Shown here one piece after another: positions 62,942 through 63,918 of a DNA stretch of 63,918 bases (the stretch's first letter is position 1; each line of letters starts with the position of its first letter). A program made the position numbers and the translations under genes. The notes below the pieces were generated by a model. The model was not told where the DNA came from and ran no database searches. It saw only the letters and a program-made list of their open reading frames with translations. This DNA is from Phycisphaerales bacterium (GTDB taxonomy: Bacteria; Planctomycetota; Phycisphaerae; SM23-33): the NCBI GenBank assembly GCA_003485185.1, contig DNAS01000072.1, forward strand, positions 9,843-73,760, in the 5' to 3' direction.

Positions 62942-63918
62942 ATGTCCCCTCGACGATACGGCAGCTTCAGCGGCGGAATCGACCTGCCGGACGAGAAGCT
63001 CGGCACGCTGGACGAACCGATCCGCGCCCCGATCCGGCTGGAGCGGCTGCGGATTCCGCTGCCCGGTCGCAGCCTCGACGAGGTTCACCTGGCCGTGCGC
63101 CCGGGGCAGGACGTCTCGGCCGGGCAACTGCTCGTCTCTCCCGCCGGCGCGGGCGCCCCTGCCGTCCATGCGCCGTACGCGGGCAAGGTAGGCGGGCTAT
63201 GCGTCGTGCAGGCGGCCGGGCGCGACGGGTTCGCGCCGTCGGCGGCGCTGGAACTCGTCGATCCGGCGGACCCACCGGCGCTGCACCCGCTCTCGCCCGT
63301 CTTCGACTGGCGTGCCGCCGATCGGACGACGCTGCTGGCGCGGATCGCCGAGGGGCCCGTGGCGCTGCACGACGGGCGCGGCGGATCGCTCGCGCGGTTC
63401 GTCGAGCGGGCGCGGGAGGCGAACTGCCACACCCTCGTCGCCAATGCCCTGGAAAACCAGCCGTATCTCACCGCCGACCATCGCCTGCTGGTCGAGCATG
63501 GCGCCGACGTCATCCGCGGCCTGGCCATCCTGGCGCGGGCGATCGGTGCGCGGGAGGCCATCCTGGCCGCCGACCGCCGGCGGACGGGCGAGTATCGCGA
63601 GCTGGTGGGCCCGGCGCGGATGTACCAGATCACGCGGGTGGCGCTGCCGCACAAGTACCCTATGGGCGCGGCGAACCTTCTGGTGAAGGTGCTGACGCGC
63701 CGCGAGGTTCCGCCGGGCGGTTCGCCGCTGCGCCTGGGCGTCGCCGTGGTGGACCCGGCGACGTGCTTCGCCGCGTACCGCTGGACGGCCTGCGGCGCGG
63801 CGCCGTCCGCGCGCGTCGTGACGCTCGCGGGCGAGCGATTGAAGACGCGCGGAAACTTCTGGGTTCCGGTGGGCGCGTCCGTCGCCGAGTTGACGGGCGG
63901 GCTCGCCGGGCCCGTCCT
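62942..63918 (+). CDS. RnfC-like protein (electron transport complex subunit C family), 3' end outside the window
   Basis: Translated by hand; the ORF has no stop before the window end, so it is absent from the ORF track. GGIDLPDEK (compare GGIHPPxxK), an N-terminal barrel, ENQPYLTADHRLLVEH, LPHKYPMGAANLLVKVLTRREVP and an SLBB-like VVTLAGERLKTRGNFWVPVG. In-frame alternative ATGs at 62906 and 62924. Confidence 0.65.
   Translation, partial: MSPRRYGSFSGGIDLPDEKLGTLDEPIRAPIRLERLRIPLPGRSLDEVHLAVRPGQDVSAGQLLVSPAGAGAPAVHAPYAGKVGGLCVVQAAGRDGFAPSAALELVDPADPPALHPLSPVFDWRAADRTTLLARIAEGPVALHDGRGGSLARFVERAREANCHTLVANALENQPYLTADHRLLVEHGADVIRGLAILARAIGAREAILAADRRRTGEYRELVGPARMYQITRVALPHKYPMGAANLLVKVLTRREVPPGGSPLRLGVAVVDPATCFAAYRWTACGAAPSARVVTLAGERLKTRGNFWVPVGASVAELTGGLAGPV

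Overview
This is a 63.9-kb, strongly GC-rich bacterial chromosomal segment; third codon positions are almost always G/C. Several protein signatures suggest a Planctomycetota/Phycisphaerae-like genome: a prepilin-type [17 protein letters not shown] protein, a PEP-CTERM protein, an anSME-type radical SAM enzyme, GH130, TrpB2 and DUF58/BatA/MoxR. That assignment is inference only. All homology calls come from motif recognition by eye; no database search was run. I call 56 protein-coding genes, 1 transposase pseudogene and 1 tRNA (Gln-UUG). I found no rRNA and no CRISPR. The gene content is mostly housekeeping and looks origin-proximal: phoH-pgpH, nadK, nth, asnB, parB with two parS sites, trpB2, hps/phi, rsmD, cca, ybeY and dnaB. 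It also holds the rpsF-ssb-rpsR-rplI block, pth-ctc-prs and rpsP-trmD-rplS-yraN-tatD-moxR. I did not find a convincing multi-gene accessory system such as a defence island, prophage or biosynthetic cluster. The unusual content falls into five groups. (1) The repeat landscape is dense. It includes a RAYT (IS200-like Y1 transposase) gene flanked by five copies of its own hairpin REP. A second, unrelated family of double-hairpin palindromic elements occurs at six gene 3' ends and shows compensatory stem changes. Several families of low-complexity intergenic 'word' blocks flank single genes in inverted orientation, and in one case start at the TAG stop codon of two unrelated genes. (2) A 1576-codon fusion joins an indolepyruvate/2-oxoacid:ferredoxin oxidoreductase to a GltD-type NAD(P)H module. 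(3) An HPS-RraA fusion is followed by PHI. (4) A GlmU lacking its acetyltransferase half occurs alongside a eukaryote-type UDP-GlcNAc pyrophosphorylase. (5) There are sigma70-like promoters, three of which place the start codon 6-9 nt after the -10 element (leaderless candidates), an orphan terminator, and a ~300-bp AT-rich island. Many long ORFs in the six-frame track are GC-driven antisense shadows and were rejected.
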